64,000 nt of DNA from an uncultured Gemmatimonadaceae bacterium (GCA_963790305.1 CAWBOC010000009.1:640001-704000), one strand, 5' to 3'. Positions 1 to 9,988 are shown, numbered from the stretch's first letter. Translations and numbers: made by a program. Notes: a model not told the origin generated them from the sequence alone.

Positions 1-2
1 CC

Positions 3-644
3 ATGGAAGGCGACGTCGCGCGCCTGCCGGAGATCCTCGAGATCGCCCGGGAACAGGACGCCATCGTCGCGATGGACGACTCCCACGCCTCCGGCGTGCT
101 CGGCAAGACCGGGCGCGGAACCGCCGAGCACCATGGGGTGTTTGGAGAGGTCGACATCATCACGTCCACGCTGGGCAAGGCGTTAGGCGGTGCGGCGGGT
201 GGCTTCACGGCCGGATCTGCCGCGCTCACGGACTATCTCACCCAACGCTCCCGCCCGCAGCTCTTCTCCAACGCACTGCCGCCGACGGTCGCCGCCAGCT
301 CCCTCGCGGCAGTCCGGTTCATCGAGACACACCCCGAGCGCGTGACGCGTCTGCACGAGAACACCCGTTACTTCCGCTCGGCGATCACCGATGCCGGATT
401 CACACCGCTCGAGGGTGACACGCCGATCGTGCCGATCATCGTTGGTGAAACGTCGCTCGCGATTCAGATCAGCGACATGATGCTCGACGAGGGGATCTTC
501 GTGACGGGCTTCGGCTATCCGGTGGTGCCGCAAGGACACGCACGCATTCGCTGCCAGGTGAGCGCAGGCCACACGCGAGAGGATCTCGACTTCGCGGTGG
601 GGAGCTTCAAGAAAGTGGGAAGGAAGGTCGGGCTGCTGAAGTGA
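3..644 (+). CDS. kbl: Glycine C-acetyltransferase (2-amino-3-ketobutyrate CoA ligase), 5'-truncated by the window edge
   Basis: PLP alpha-oxoamine synthase motifs DDSHASG, TLGKALGG and QRSRPQLFSN; C-terminal YPVVPQGHARIRCQVSA. Confidence 0.85.
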   Translation: MEGDVARLPEILEIAREQDAIVAMDDSHASGVLGKTGRGTAEHHGVFGEVDIITSTLGKALGGAAGGFTAGSAALTDYLTQRSRPQLFSNALPPTVAASSLAAVRFIETHPERVTRLHENTRYFRSAITDAGFTPLEGDTPIVPIIVGETSLAIQISDMMLDEGIFVTGFGYPVVPQGHARIRCQVSAGHTREDLDFAVGSFKKVGRKVGLLK

Positions 645-712
645 ATGCGGAATGCGGAATGCGGAATGGTGTAAGACCCGTACACCATTCCGCATTCCGC
701 ATTCCGCATTCA
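642..712. repeat. Perfect 32-bp inverted repeat built of GCGGAAT heptamers
   Basis: Arms 642-673 and 681-712 with a 7-nt loop; each arm contains the TGA stop of one of the two convergent flanking genes. Confidence 0.9.
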
Positions 713-1039
713 GACTTTGCACTTCACCTCGATGACGAGCCGCCGCCAGCTCTCCACATCGTCGCCGTGCACGCGGTCGACGTACGCGCTGCAGCGGCCG
801 CCCTCGAGCATCCACGGGACGAGCCAGCGGGAAATGTCGGGTGGGAGGTGTCCGATCACATCGCCGCCGGGCGCGTGGACCCAGACCCACGGATCGTCGG
901 TGCCCGGTGGGTCGGGAACGAGGATGAGGCGATCGCCCGCATGCAAGCGGTGAACGACCGCCGTACGCTGGCCAAAGACGGTGCCGTGCACCGGCGTGCG
1001 AAAGTGATCGTTGTGCGGTGGATATGTCGGTGTTTCCAC
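710..1039 (-). CDS. HIRAN-domain protein
   Basis: VHGTVF...LHAGDRLILVPDP...D..VWV....VIGHLP pattern typical of stand-alone HIRAN domains. Confidence 0.65.
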   Translation of the reverse strand: METPTYPPHNDHFRTPVHGTVFGQRTAVVHRLHAGDRLILVPDPPGTDDPWVWVHAPGGDVIGHLPPDISRWLVPWMLEGGRCSAYVDRVHGDDVESWRRLVIEVKCKV

Positions 1040-1138
1040 CCGCTCGCTCCATCGCGCTCGTTGTAGCGAGCGCCTCGCTCTCAGGGTTACCTTCGCGCAC
1101 GCTGTGACCGGCTCTCACCCCGCGCGCACTTCGCTCCT

Positions 1139-3628
1139 ATGACGACTCATTCGATCCTGCCGCTTCTCGTCGCGGTCTCGCTGACGCTGCTCGCTCCTCG
1201 AGACGCTGCCCCGCAGGTTCCCTCGCCACGCGAACATCTCGGTTTCGAGGTCGGTGCGGACCGGCAGCTCGCTGACTGGGGCCAAATCGTCAGCTACTTC
1301 ACGACGCTGGCCGCCGCGTCCCCCGAGCTCGAGCTCGATACGCTCGGGCCCAGCACTCAGGGACGCCCGCTCATCGTGGCGACGATTACCTCCGCAGCGA
1401 ACATGCGCAAGATCGAGTCGATCAGAGCGGCGCAGCGGAAGCTCGCCGATCCTCGGTCGCTCAGCGCCCAGGAAGAGCGTACCCTGCTGGCGTCCCAGCC
1501 TGCCGTCGTCGTGATCCAGTGCAACATCCACTCGACGGAAATCGCCTCAGCGCAAATGGCGATGGAGCTGGCGTATCGACTGGTGACGGTCGACACGCTC
1601 CGGAATGCGCTCAATGAGGTCGTCGTCCTCCTCATTCCCTCGGCAAATCCCGACGGGGAGCAAATGATCGTCGAGTGGTATCGGCGCAACCTTGGCACTC
1701 GCTGGGAGGGTGGCCCGATTCCATGGCTGTATCACCCGTACGTGGGCCACGACAACAATCGCGACTGGTACATGGTGACGCAGGGCGAAACGCGTCTCAT
1801 CACCGATCTGCTCTATCGCCAGTGGTTTCCCGAGGTGTTCTACGACGTGCATCAGATGGGAGATGAGGGGATGCGGCTGTTCGTGCCGCCCTTCGTCGAT
1901 CCGATCAACCCTCACGTCGACCCGCTGATCGTCCGCGGCATCGCGCACATCGGCGCCGAGATGGCGCTGGCGCTGGAGGAGCGGGGAAAGACGGGGGTGG
2001 GCGACCAGGCGATCTACGATCTGTGGTGGCACGGGGGCGCACGATCGACGCCCACGCGACACAACATGATCGGCGTCCTCACCGAGGCGGCAAGCGTGCG
2101 GATCGCCACGCCGATCGTGCAGGACACGGCGACGCTCGCCGGACATTCGCGCGGGCTGCCGAAATACGAGCGCCGCATGAACTTCCCGAACCCCTGGCCG
2201 GGAGGCACGTGGCGCCTTCGTGACATTGTCGACTACGAGCTCATCGCCGCCGAGGCGCTCGTCAGGATGCTCTCGCAGCAGCGGTCGCAGTACGTCGCGA
2301 ATTTCGTTAGGCTCGGCCGCCGTCAAGTGGCGCTGGGGAAAAGCGGATCGCCGAAGGCGTTCGTCATTCCCTCGAGCCAACGCGATCCGTCGGCCGTACG
2401 CCGTTTGGTGGAGGTGCTCACTCTCGGCGGCGTCGAGGTCGACTCCGCCGATGACGTGACGGCCGACGGACGATCGATGGGCCGTTCCTACGTCGTGCGG
2501 CTCGACCAGCCGTATCGGGCGCATGCGCTCGACCTGCTCGAGGCGCAGCGATTCCCCAGACTCGAGCAGCGGCCAGGCGGGCCAATCGAGCGGCCGTACA
2601 ATGTCGCGGGGTGGACGCTTCCCATGCAGATGGGCGTGAGCGTCGTGCCCGCGGAAGCCGTTTCGTACATCGCTCCGCGCGCGCGCACCGTTGGAGTCGT
2701 GGGCGCCGAGTCGTGCGGCCCTGACGTGAAGCTGAGCCGCGTGCTGATGCACGTGTCGAACACCGCCTGCTTCCGGCAAATCATCAGCTCTCTCCGGCGC
2801 GCCAGGCCAGTCGAGGTCGCTGGGTCGGGCGGGAGCTACCAGGTTAACCGAACCCCCCGAATCGGGCTTTACAGGCCCTGGACCGCCAACATCGACGAGG
2901 GGTGGACCCGCTGGGTGCTCGAGCAGTTCGAAATCCCCTACTCCTCCCTGACGGACTCGGCGGTCCGGGTGGGCGGTCTCCGTGACCGAATGGACGCCAT
3001 CCTCGTCACAGACATGAGTCTGCGTGACTTGCGGCGGGGGATGCCGGACTCAGTCGTTCCCCCAGCGTATTCAGGCGGACTTGGTCGTGAAGGAATCGAG
3101 GCGTTGAAGGCGTTCGTGAACGCCGGTGGCACGCTTGTGCTGCTGGATCGCGCTTCCGAGCTGGCAACCGCCGAGCTCGGCGTGGATGTGCGGCTTGTGA
3201 AAGTGCCGCCGCGCCGGGACGATTGGGAGGAGCCGTCGGGAGACACGCTCGACAACACGGCGCACGAGCTGTACGCGCCGGGATCGATTCTTCGCGTGCT
3301 GGTGGACGCGACGCACCCGGTTGGGTTCGGCATGCCGGACACGGCCGCGGTGTACTTCACGAACTCGGTGACGTTCGACGTTTCCTCGAGCTCGCCCGTT
3401 CGGGTGATCGCCCGGTATCCAGCCCGTGGTGATGACATTCTGCTGAGCGGGTACCTCGATGGCGCGACGTCGATCGCAGGGCAAGCCGCCGCGATCGAGG
3501 CGTCAGTCGGACGAGGCCGCGTCGTGATGTTCGGATTTCGGCCGCAGTATCGAGGTCAGTCGTACGGCACGTTCAGAATGCTCTTCAACGCGCTGCTCTC
3601 CGGCGGAGGATCCGTCGGCCGGCGCTGA
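1139..3628 (+). CDS. Secreted M14 family zinc carboxypeptidase
   Basis: Signal peptide; IHSTE zinc motif, NPDG, DNNRDW and DVHQMG; C-terminal GATase-like region. Confidence 0.85.
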   Translation: MTTHSILPLLVAVSLTLLAPRDAAPQVPSPREHLGFEVGADRQLADWGQIVSYFTTLAAASPELELDTLGPSTQGRPLIVATITSAANMRKIESIRAAQRKLADPRSLSAQEERTLLASQPAVVVIQCNIHSTEIASAQMAMELAYRLVTVDTLRNALNEVVVLLIPSANPDGEQMIVEWYRRNLGTRWEGGPIPWLYHPYVGHDNNRDWYMVTQGETRLITDLLYRQWFPEVFYDVHQMGDEGMRLFVPPFVDPINPHVDPLIVRGIAHIGAEMALALEERGKTGVGDQAIYDLWWHGGARSTPTRHNMIGVLTEAASVRIATPIVQDTATLAGHSRGLPKYERRMNFPNPWPGGTWRLRDIVDYELIAAEALVRMLSQQRSQYVANFVRLGRRQVALGKSGSPKAFVIPSSQRDPSAVRRLVEVLTLGGVEVDSADDVTADGRSMGRSYVVRLDQPYRAHALDLLEAQRFPRLEQRPGGPIERPYNVAGWTLPMQMGVSVVPAEAVSYIAPRARTVGVVGAESCGPDVKLSRVLMHVSNTACFRQIISSLRRARPVEVAGSGGSYQVNRTPRIGLYRPWTANIDEGWTRWVLEQFEIPYSSLTDSAVRVGGLRDRMDAILVTDMSLRDLRRGMPDSVVPPAYSGGLGREGIEALKAFVNAGGTLVLLDRASELATAELGVDVRLVKVPPRRDDWEEPSGDTLDNTAHELYAPGSILRVLVDATHPVGFGMPDTAAVYFTNSVTFDVSSSSPVRVIARYPARGDDILLSGYLDGATSIAGQAAAIEASVGRGRVVMFGFRPQYRGQSYGTFRMLFNALLSGGGSVGRR

Positions 3629-3667
3629 CGTATCCGCGCAGGACATCCTTCCGAACGAGGTCTCACA

Positions 3668-4315
3668 ATGCGTACGGTCCGCTGGCTGTCCCTCGGCCTC
3701 GCGCTCGCGACGGTTCTTCCGTCGGTCGCGATGGCGCAGGAAGGACGCCTCTTCAAGAACGCGTGGTTCTGGGGCGCCAAGGGCGGCTTTACGTCCTTCT
3801 CCACCGATCGCGTCAAGAACGCCGTCGCCCCATCGCTGGGCGTCGAATGGCTGATCACGCGGTCGCGCGGGGGCCTCTACGCCTCCTACGACCAGGCGTT
3901 CTTCAACGAGGAGACGGTGGTCTTCACGCAGGCATACGGGCCGCACACCATCCGCATGGAGAACATGCGCCGTGTGACGCTCGCCGGTCTCGCCTTCCCG
4001 TTCAACATCGGGACGCTGCGTCCGTACGGTGGCGTAGGACTCGCGCTCAACTTCATTCAGAACGTCTCGCCAGTGGATCCCTTCACGTCGGCGGACCAGG
4101 AGACGCTCGTCGCGCGTCGCGCCATGGACACGAAGGACCGTGCGGCGTTCATCGTAATGGCCGGTGTGCAGCTTCAGTATCTGCGATTCTCGGCTTTCGG
4201 GCAGGCGGCGGTGATGCCGGCGCAAGCGCGGTTCATGCTGAACTCGAGACCGGTATACCACCTCGAGGGCGGCATTCGCTGGAACGTCGGCACCTCGATC
4301 GATCGGCCGGACTGA
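3668..4315 (+). CDS. Putative outer-membrane beta-barrel protein
   Basis: Signal peptide ending AMA-Q; amphipathic strands including RPYGGVGL; terminal HLEGGIRWN strand. Confidence 0.6.
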   Translation: MRTVRWLSLGLALATVLPSVAMAQEGRLFKNAWFWGAKGGFTSFSTDRVKNAVAPSLGVEWLITRSRGGLYASYDQAFFNEETVVFTQAYGPHTIRMENMRRVTLAGLAFPFNIGTLRPYGGVGLALNFIQNVSPVDPFTSADQETLVARRAMDTKDRAAFIVMAGVQLQYLRFSAFGQAAVMPAQARFMLNSRPVYHLEGGIRWNVGTSIDRPD

Positions 4316-4341
4316 CGTAGGGGTCAGGGATCAGGAGTCAG

Positions 4342-4375
4342 GGCGCCCCGTGTCGAGATACCGACTCGGGGCGCC
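4342..4375. terminator. GC-rich hairpin between convergent genes (possible bidirectional terminator), preceded by TCAGGRR heptamers at 4319-4343
   Basis: ggcgccccgtgtcg / cgactcggggcgcc inverted repeat; no clear U-tract. Confidence 0.45.
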
Positions 4376-4380
4376 TTGCA

Positions 4381-5028
4381 TTACGAGCCCCGTTTGCCTC
4401 GGGGCTTCACCGAGACGTAGGGTGAGTTTGCGACATGCCATCGAAGGGGCCAGTCCGCCGCTTTCGTGATGCCAATGCGCGGACCGGTGACGATCACGTC
4501 GTCCGGGTACGTAATCCCGCGGGTGATCATCAGCGGTGGGCTTTGAAGTGGAACGCCGTTGTGCTGCGGTCCGATGCCCAGCGCCGCGCAGAGCTTTCCC
4601 GGTCCGTTCGTTAGGTCGCGGTCGGCTTTCGCCGCGGGCCGGCGCGCTCGCATCAGCGGTACGCCTTCGAGTGGCTCGAGCGCGCGAACCAGGACCGCGC
4701 TGGGCTGACCGTGCTCGCGCGTGACCGCGTTGAAGCACCAGTGTACGCCGTAGATGAAGTAGACGTAGGCAATGCCGGGGGCTCCGTAGAGCGGCCGAGT
4801 TCGCTCGGTGAGCCCGGGTCCGGCGGCGTGGCAGGCGGGATCATGCTCCCCCAGGTACGCCTCCGTCTCTACGATGCGTCCCGCGGCGACCCCTTCCGGC
4901 GATCGACACCACAACACGGTACCAAGCAGCTCGCGAGAGACGATCTCCGTCTCGCGGTCGAAGAACGACGCCGGCAGCGCCTCGCCGATACGAGAACGCC
5001 GCGCGGTGGGCGCGGCGTCTCGGATCAC
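4381..5028 (-). CDS. mpg: DNA-3-methyladenine glycosylase (MPG/AAG family)
   Basis: GRIVETEAYLG, YVYFIYGVHWCFN, AVLVRALEP, NGPGKLC and GPRIGI motifs. Confidence 0.92.
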   Translation of the reverse strand: MIRDAAPTARRSRIGEALPASFFDRETEIVSRELLGTVLWCRSPEGVAAGRIVETEAYLGEHDPACHAAGPGLTERTRPLYGAPGIAYVYFIYGVHWCFNAVTREHGQPSAVLVRALEPLEGVPLMRARRPAAKADRDLTNGPGKLCAALGIGPQHNGVPLQSPPLMITRGITYPDDVIVTGPRIGITKAADWPLRWHVANSPYVSVKPRGKRGS

Positions 5029-6740
5029 CCCTCGCCTCCGCTCGCGGCCGGCTTCTTCGCCCGGCCGCGTGGTGGACGGCGTCGTTTCGCCTTTGCCGCG
5101 GCCGTGCCCGCTCCAGCCGCGGTCTCGGGCGCTTCGGGCTTACCCTTCTTCGCGGTCTTGCGGGTGCGCGGCGCACGACTCCGCTTCTGCACCGGCTCTT
5201 TCGCCCGTGCGTCGGGAACAATGCTCTCCGGCGGACCGCCGAGCTCTGCTCCGGGCTCGCGGTCGAGCGGCTCGTCAGGCACCGCGGGCACTCCGAAGTC
5301 GACGACGCCGAGCGAAAGCAGCTCGGGTGGCAGCTCCATCGCACCACTGGTGCGTCCGCCACGTGAGCGCATCCCGCGACGGAATGACGCGGCAGTCGCC
5401 GCCGACCGGCCCGCCTGACTCTGCGACGGGACGGGAACCGCGGCCTGCAGCTGATCGGCAATCGGCGCGACGTCAGCTGCCGGCGCCAACTCCCAGTCAT
5501 CGCCGCGCTTCCGAAGATCGACGACGTTGGCGTCGTGCGCGTCGCGCAGGACGCGTACGAACATGCGCTCGTTGAGCGACTCGCTGTCGCGGCCGAGAAG
5601 ATCACGGGCCTTGCGACGCACGTCGCTGGCGAGCACCGGCGTATCCGCGCCACCGGTGAGAATGTCCACCGCCCGGCGAACGAGATCGAACGCCTCGTCC
5701 CTCGTGAGGCGCTCGCCCCCGGTGCCGATCCCATCACGCGCGGTATCCACGGCTTCGGGGCGTCGCTCCTCGACGGCGGGCGCTGGCGCCACCGCCTCGG
5801 TCGTTGCCGCGGCGGCAACAGCCGGCGTTTCGACGCGCGGCTCCTCGGTGCGCGGCTCGCGCTCGCGATCGCGACCACGCCCCCCACGCCGGCCACGCCC
5901 TCTCTCTTCCCGGCCTCGCCCGCGCGGCCGTTCCTCGCGCGGACGCGACTCCCCTTCGGTCGCTCGCGCGGCCGGACGAACCCCGTCACCCTCGGGAATG
6001 TCGATCTCGAGCTGGCCGTTCTCCAGCTTCGTCATCTTGAGGAGGCCACGCTCCGCGGCTTCCTGCGTGAACCGCGAGAACTTGGAGTGGCCGAGCGTCT
6101 TCTCGTCGAAGTTCGAATCGAGCTCCTGCATGACCTGCTTGAGCCGATCGGAGCGCATCACATCGCCATTCCGCTTCATGCGCTGGATGGCCTCTGTCAC
6201 CAGCTCCCAGGGGTCCTTCTTGACCAACTCTTCCTCGCCCGACTTCACGAGACCGGCCAGCGCGTTGTAGCTGTAGTACTCGTCGCAGTTCATCACCAGC
6301 AGATCGCTCGATGACTCGCGAATGCCCACGCCGATCACGTACTTGCCGTACTCCTTCAGCTTCGTCACGAGCGACGCGAAGTCCGAGTCGCCGGAGAGCA
6401 GGATGTACGTGCCGATCTCGGGCCGGGTGAAGACGAGCTCCATCGCGTCGACGGCGAGGCGAATGTCGGTGGCGTTCTTCTTCGACGATCCGTACGCGGG
6501 CGCCATGATCATGTCGATCGACGACTCGGCGAGCGGGACGATGTATTGCGGGTACCGACGCCAATCGGCATAGGCACGCTGCACGGCAACCTTCCCCTTG
6601 ATGATGTCCGAGGACAGGAGGTTGCGGAGCTCGTTGCCGAGGTCTGACCGGATCCCCATCGTGACGTTGTCGAAGTCGATGAGGAGCGCCGCGTTAGGCG
6701 CGTGGGGCGAGAAGGTCGCCTGGATGGGGGCCGCGGACAT
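5025..6740 (-). CDS. NYN (LabA/DUF88, PIN-like) domain protein with LOTUS/OST-HTH-like domains and low-complexity linkers
   Basis: LLIDFDN, RAYADW, KNATDIRLAVDA and LSGDSDF motifs; FDEKTLGHSKFSRF resembles LOTUS; start placed at ATG 6740. Confidence 0.85.
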   Translation of the reverse strand: MSAAPIQATFSPHAPNAALLIDFDNVTMGIRSDLGNELRNLLSSDIIKGKVAVQRAYADWRRYPQYIVPLAESSIDMIMAPAYGSSKKNATDIRLAVDAMELVFTRPEIGTYILLSGDSDFASLVTKLKEYGKYVIGVGIRESSSDLLVMNCDEYYSYNALAGLVKSGEEELVKKDPWELVTEAIQRMKRNGDVMRSDRLKQVMQELDSNFDEKTLGHSKFSRFTQEAAERGLLKMTKLENGQLEIDIPEGDGVRPAARATEGESRPREERPRGRGREERGRGRRGGRGRDREREPRTEEPRVETPAVAAAATTEAVAPAPAVEERRPEAVDTARDGIGTGGERLTRDEAFDLVRRAVDILTGGADTPVLASDVRRKARDLLGRDSESLNERMFVRVLRDAHDANVVDLRKRGDDWELAPAADVAPIADQLQAAVPVPSQSQAGRSAATAASFRRGMRSRGGRTSGAMELPPELLSLGVVDFGVPAVPDEPLDREPGAELGGPPESIVPDARAKEPVQKRSRAPRTRKTAKKGKPEAPETAAGAGTAAAKAKRRRPPRGRAKKPAASGGEG

Positions 6741-7127
6741 CGTGTGTGCCTGCGGGCCGCGGTGGATGGGTGTCGCCGCCGCACGCACGGGGGTGGCGGG
6801 ACGGGGGTGTCGTGGCTTCATGTCGTCGTCTTTGGTGTGGCTGTGTGACCGCGCGCGACCCCGCGCACGATCTCCCGTCGCTTCACCCTTCCGTGCCCGG
6901 AGCGGAAGGGCTCAATGAAGCGAACAAGATCAGGGTGTTCTGACGACGCATGCGCAGATCCGCTCACCCAGACGAATCGTGGGGGACACCGATCGCGCAG
7001 ACGTCGTTCGACTTCGGGTGCGGCTCGGGCTGATCGCTGGCGGGTTGCCCGCACGAGTGATCGGCCGAAGGCGCGGCCCATCGGGACACTTCAATGTACT
7101 TGACGAGCGGGCACGAGGCGAGGGCCT

Positions 7128-7550
7128 TCAGTCACCCATCGCCTTGACGATCACCCGCTTCTTTCGCTGCCCGTCCCATTCCCCATAGAACACCCGCTGC
7201 CAGGGACCGAAGTCGAGCTTCCCATCCGTGACCGGGACAATGACCTCGTGGCCGACGGTGAGGGAGCGAAGGTGGGCGGCGGCATTGTCCTCGCCGGTCC
7301 CGGAATTGTGGCGGTAGTGCTCGGGGTCCCACGGCGCGATGCGATGCTCGAGCCAGTCGAGAATGTCCTTCCACAATCCCGACTCGTGGTCGTTGACGAA
7401 CACCGACGCCGAGATGTGCATGGCCGAGACGAGGACGAAGCCCTCGCGGATGCCCGCCGCGGCACGGCAGGCCTCGACGTCATCGGTGATGTCGATGATC
7501 TCCTGACGGTGCTTCGTATTGAACGTGAGATAGGTCGTGTGCGTCTTCAT
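7128..7550 (-). CDS. yjbQ: YjbQ/UPF0047 family protein (secondary thiamine-phosphate synthase family)
   Basis: HISASVFVNDHE, DNAAAHL, GPWQRVFYGEWDG. Confidence 0.88.
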   Translation of the reverse strand: MKTHTTYLTFNTKHRQEIIDITDDVEACRAAAGIREGFVLVSAMHISASVFVNDHESGLWKDILDWLEHRIAPWDPEHYRHNSGTGEDNAAAHLRSLTVGHEVIVPVTDGKLDFGPWQRVFYGEWDGQRKKRVIVKAMGD

Positions 7551-7562
7551 TGCGCCGAGATG

Positions 7563-7904
7563 CTAACCGCGGCGAACGGGACGCGCCTCTTCCGGGAGTG
7601 CGGAGCGATTGGCGATGTCGCGAAGTCTGGTCGCTTCATCGCTGTTTCCACCGCGAGCTTCGAGGGCGTCAGCGGCAGCGCGCAAGGCATCGGCGTCGCT
7701 GGATGTGATCGCGACGGACCGCGGCAGCTCGAGCACGCGCACGTCACCCGAGCGCCACCGTGATTGCCGTGGCGCTCCCGCGCGCGATGCTCCTCGCTCC
7801 GCCGCGTCTTCCGCCCGGCGACTCGCGTGAAGCCACGCGAACACCAGCAGGCCGACGCTGGCGCCGATCATCGCGCCAATCAGCAACCCCAGCCAGAATT
7901 GCAT
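7563..7904 (-). CDS. Hypothetical membrane-anchored protein
   Basis: N-terminal hydrophobic helix; ends 12 bp upstream of yjbQ on the same strand. Confidence 0.5.
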   Translation of the reverse strand: MQFWLGLLIGAMIGASVGLLVFAWLHASRRAEDAAERGASRAGAPRQSRWRSGDVRVLELPRSVAITSSDADALRAAADALEARGGNSDEATRLRDIANRSALPEEARPVRRG

Positions 7905-8081
7905 GTCATCTCCGCGCCGCGGCCCCCCAGTGCCTTTCTATGCAAGGGAGACGCCGTAACGGACGTCGAGGTAAATCTAGCGTCGCCTGGCGCCGCCGTG
8001 GTTCAGGGTTCCCCTCCCCTCTACGCGCCATAGATTGGCAGTGTTGCAGAGTGAAACTGCCCCCGCGACCCGGCGTACGGT

Positions 8082-9308
8082 GTGGGTGTGAAGCGACTCA
8101 GCTTCCGAACTCGACTCTTCCTCTATCTCCTTCTGTTCGCCGTCGTTCCCGCAAGCGTGGTCATGCTGGGGGGGACGCTCGCGGCCAGCCGTGCGGTTCC
8201 CCTGGTGAGTGGGACTCGGGCGTGGGAGCGGGTGGCCGAGTCCGGTCGTACCGCTCTCGAACAGGCCCGGCAGGCGCCGCTAACTCCGGCGCAACGGGCG
8301 GCGCTGGACGCTCACGAGCAGGAGCTGCGAAGCTCGTTACTTCAGGCGAGCCGCTTTCGATTTCTCGCCGAACGGGTGGTGCCGGTCATCGCTCTGTTTG
8401 CGCTGGTCGGAACGGGACTGCTCGCGCTCTTCGCCTCGCGGGTCGCCGGCCACCTTAGCCGCCAGATGAGCCGTCCATTGAACGAGCTGGTCGGGTGGAC
8501 CGATTTGATCGGACGAGGCGAGCCGCTACCGGAGGGCGCCCCGAAGAAGCGGGGGGCTCCCGAGTTCGACACGTTGCGGCGGAGGATGCGACGGATGGCG
8601 CGGGAGCTCGAGACCGCGCGGGCCCAGGAGCGCGAAGCGGAGCGCGTTGAGGCGTTCCGGGAGACCGCCAGGCGGGTCGCCCACGAGCTCAAGAATCCGC
8701 TCACGCCGATTCGGTTCGCCGTCGAGCGACTCAAGCGCGATGCGCCGGACTCGCTGCGCGAGCCGGTGGAAGTGCTGGAAGTGGAGTCCGCGCGGCTGGA
8801 GCAGATGGCGCGCAGCTTTTCGCAGTTTGGGCGGCTTCCGGAAGGACCTCCCGCCAATGTCGACATGGCGGAGCTCGCCCGCTATACGGCGCGTTCAATG
8901 GTCGCGGAGCGCGTACCATTGCGATTGGAAATGGGAGAGGAGCTGCCAATGGTGCGCGGGCATCACGATGCGCTCGCCAGGGCCTTGTCCAACGTCCTGA
9001 TCAACGCCGTCGAAGCCTGCCGCGAAGGCGGCGAAGTAGATGTACGCGTCACGAAGGCGCGGCTGGATGGGCGCGACGCGGTCGAGGTCGCCGTGCGCGA
9101 CACAGGCTGCGGGATTCCCGCCGCGCAGCTCGCCCGCATCTGGGAGCCGTACGTGACGTCGAAGCTGGGTGGGACCGGGCTCGGATTGGCGATCGCGCGC
9201 CAGACGGTGCTCGCGCACGGGGGCGCTGTCAATGCGGCGAGCGCCGAAGGTCAGGGCACCGAAATCCGATTCGTCATTCCCGTCGATGGAACTGAGCAGC
9301 CCACATGA
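8082..9308 (+). CDS. Sensor histidine kinase (NtrY-like; HAMP-HisKA-HATPase)
   Basis: Two TM segments; VAHELKNPLTPI H-box; NVLINAVEA, DTGCGI and GTGLGL boxes. Confidence 0.92.
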   Translation: MGVKRLSFRTRLFLYLLLFAVVPASVVMLGGTLAASRAVPLVSGTRAWERVAESGRTALEQARQAPLTPAQRAALDAHEQELRSSLLQASRFRFLAERVVPVIALFALVGTGLLALFASRVAGHLSRQMSRPLNELVGWTDLIGRGEPLPEGAPKKRGAPEFDTLRRRMRRMARELETARAQEREAERVEAFRETARRVAHELKNPLTPIRFAVERLKRDAPDSLREPVEVLEVESARLEQMARSFSQFGRLPEGPPANVDMAELARYTARSMVAERVPLRLEMGEELPMVRGHHDALARALSNVLINAVEACREGGEVDVRVTKARLDGRDAVEVAVRDTGCGIPAAQLARIWEPYVTSKLGGTGLGLAIARQTVLAHGGAVNAASAEGQGTEIRFVIPVDGTEQPT

Positions 9309-9457
9309 TCCACGAGCTATTACCCTTCGCCGTCGCGGTCGAGCGAATCTCCGAGAGCCAGCGTTACACTACGAAGCTGCTCTCGGACAAGGCGCGATCG
9401 TACTCGGAACGCGCGGAGTAGGCACGACAGCTCTCTTTACTTGGAGGACGGCTCGTT

Positions 9458-9739
9458 ATGGACCCTGGAATCGTCGTGCCGCTCGGCTTCTTCGCAATGG
9501 TGGCGACCATTGCTGTTGGGGCCCCACTGGCGCGGGCGTTCGCGCGGCGGATGGAGCGAGACTCGAAGACCAAGCTTGCTCCGGAGGTCACGTCGCGGTT
9601 GGAGCGCATCGAGCAGGCGGTGGACGCGATCGCCATCGAGGTCGAGCGCATTTCCGAGGGGCAGCGTTTCACGACGAAGCTCCTCACCGAACGCTCGAGT
9701 GACGCGAGCCGTCTGACGGAGCCGCGGAGGCCCTCGTGA
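9458..9739 (+). CDS. Small membrane protein with coiled-coil tail (paralog 1)
   Basis: GGAGG RBS; TM helix followed by RLERIEQAVDAIAIEVERISEGQRFTTKLL. Confidence 0.7.
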   Translation: MDPGIVVPLGFFAMVATIAVGAPLARAFARRMERDSKTKLAPEVTSRLERIEQAVDAIAIEVERISEGQRFTTKLLTERSSDASRLTEPRRPS

Positions 9740-9978
9740 TCAGTGGCGTGATGCTCCTCGCGACGGTGGCGCTCCTCGCGGCGGTCGTCGTTCGCCTGAT
9801 GGACCGGCGGAGCAATGGCGACCCCAAGCGGGTCCAGCGACTCGAGGAGCGCGTAGCCCGACTCGAGGGAAGCCTCGAGTCGATGGCGAGCGAGATGGAG
9901 CGACTCGGCGAAGGGCAGCGGTTCATGACGAAGCTGCTCGCGGAGCGCCCCCAAAGCGGCTCAGAGCCCAAACGGTGA
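9736..9978 (+). CDS. Small membrane protein with coiled-coil tail (paralog 2)
   Basis: GTGA overlap with the previous gene; shares the ER(I/L)xEGQRFxTKLL motif. Confidence 0.68.
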   Translation: MISGVMLLATVALLAAVVVRLMDRRSNGDPKRVQRLEERVARLEGSLESMASEMERLGEGQRFMTKLLAERPQSGSEPKR

Positions 9979-9988
9979 ACGTAGCGGC

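Noticed and set aside
641..1066. ORFs reading MNAECGMRN.../HSAFRIPHS (also the extensions at 31127 and 31980)
   Set aside because: These are translations of the GCGGAAT repeats. The real genes are the opposite-strand HIRAN gene, yebC from 31256 and ruvC from 32109.
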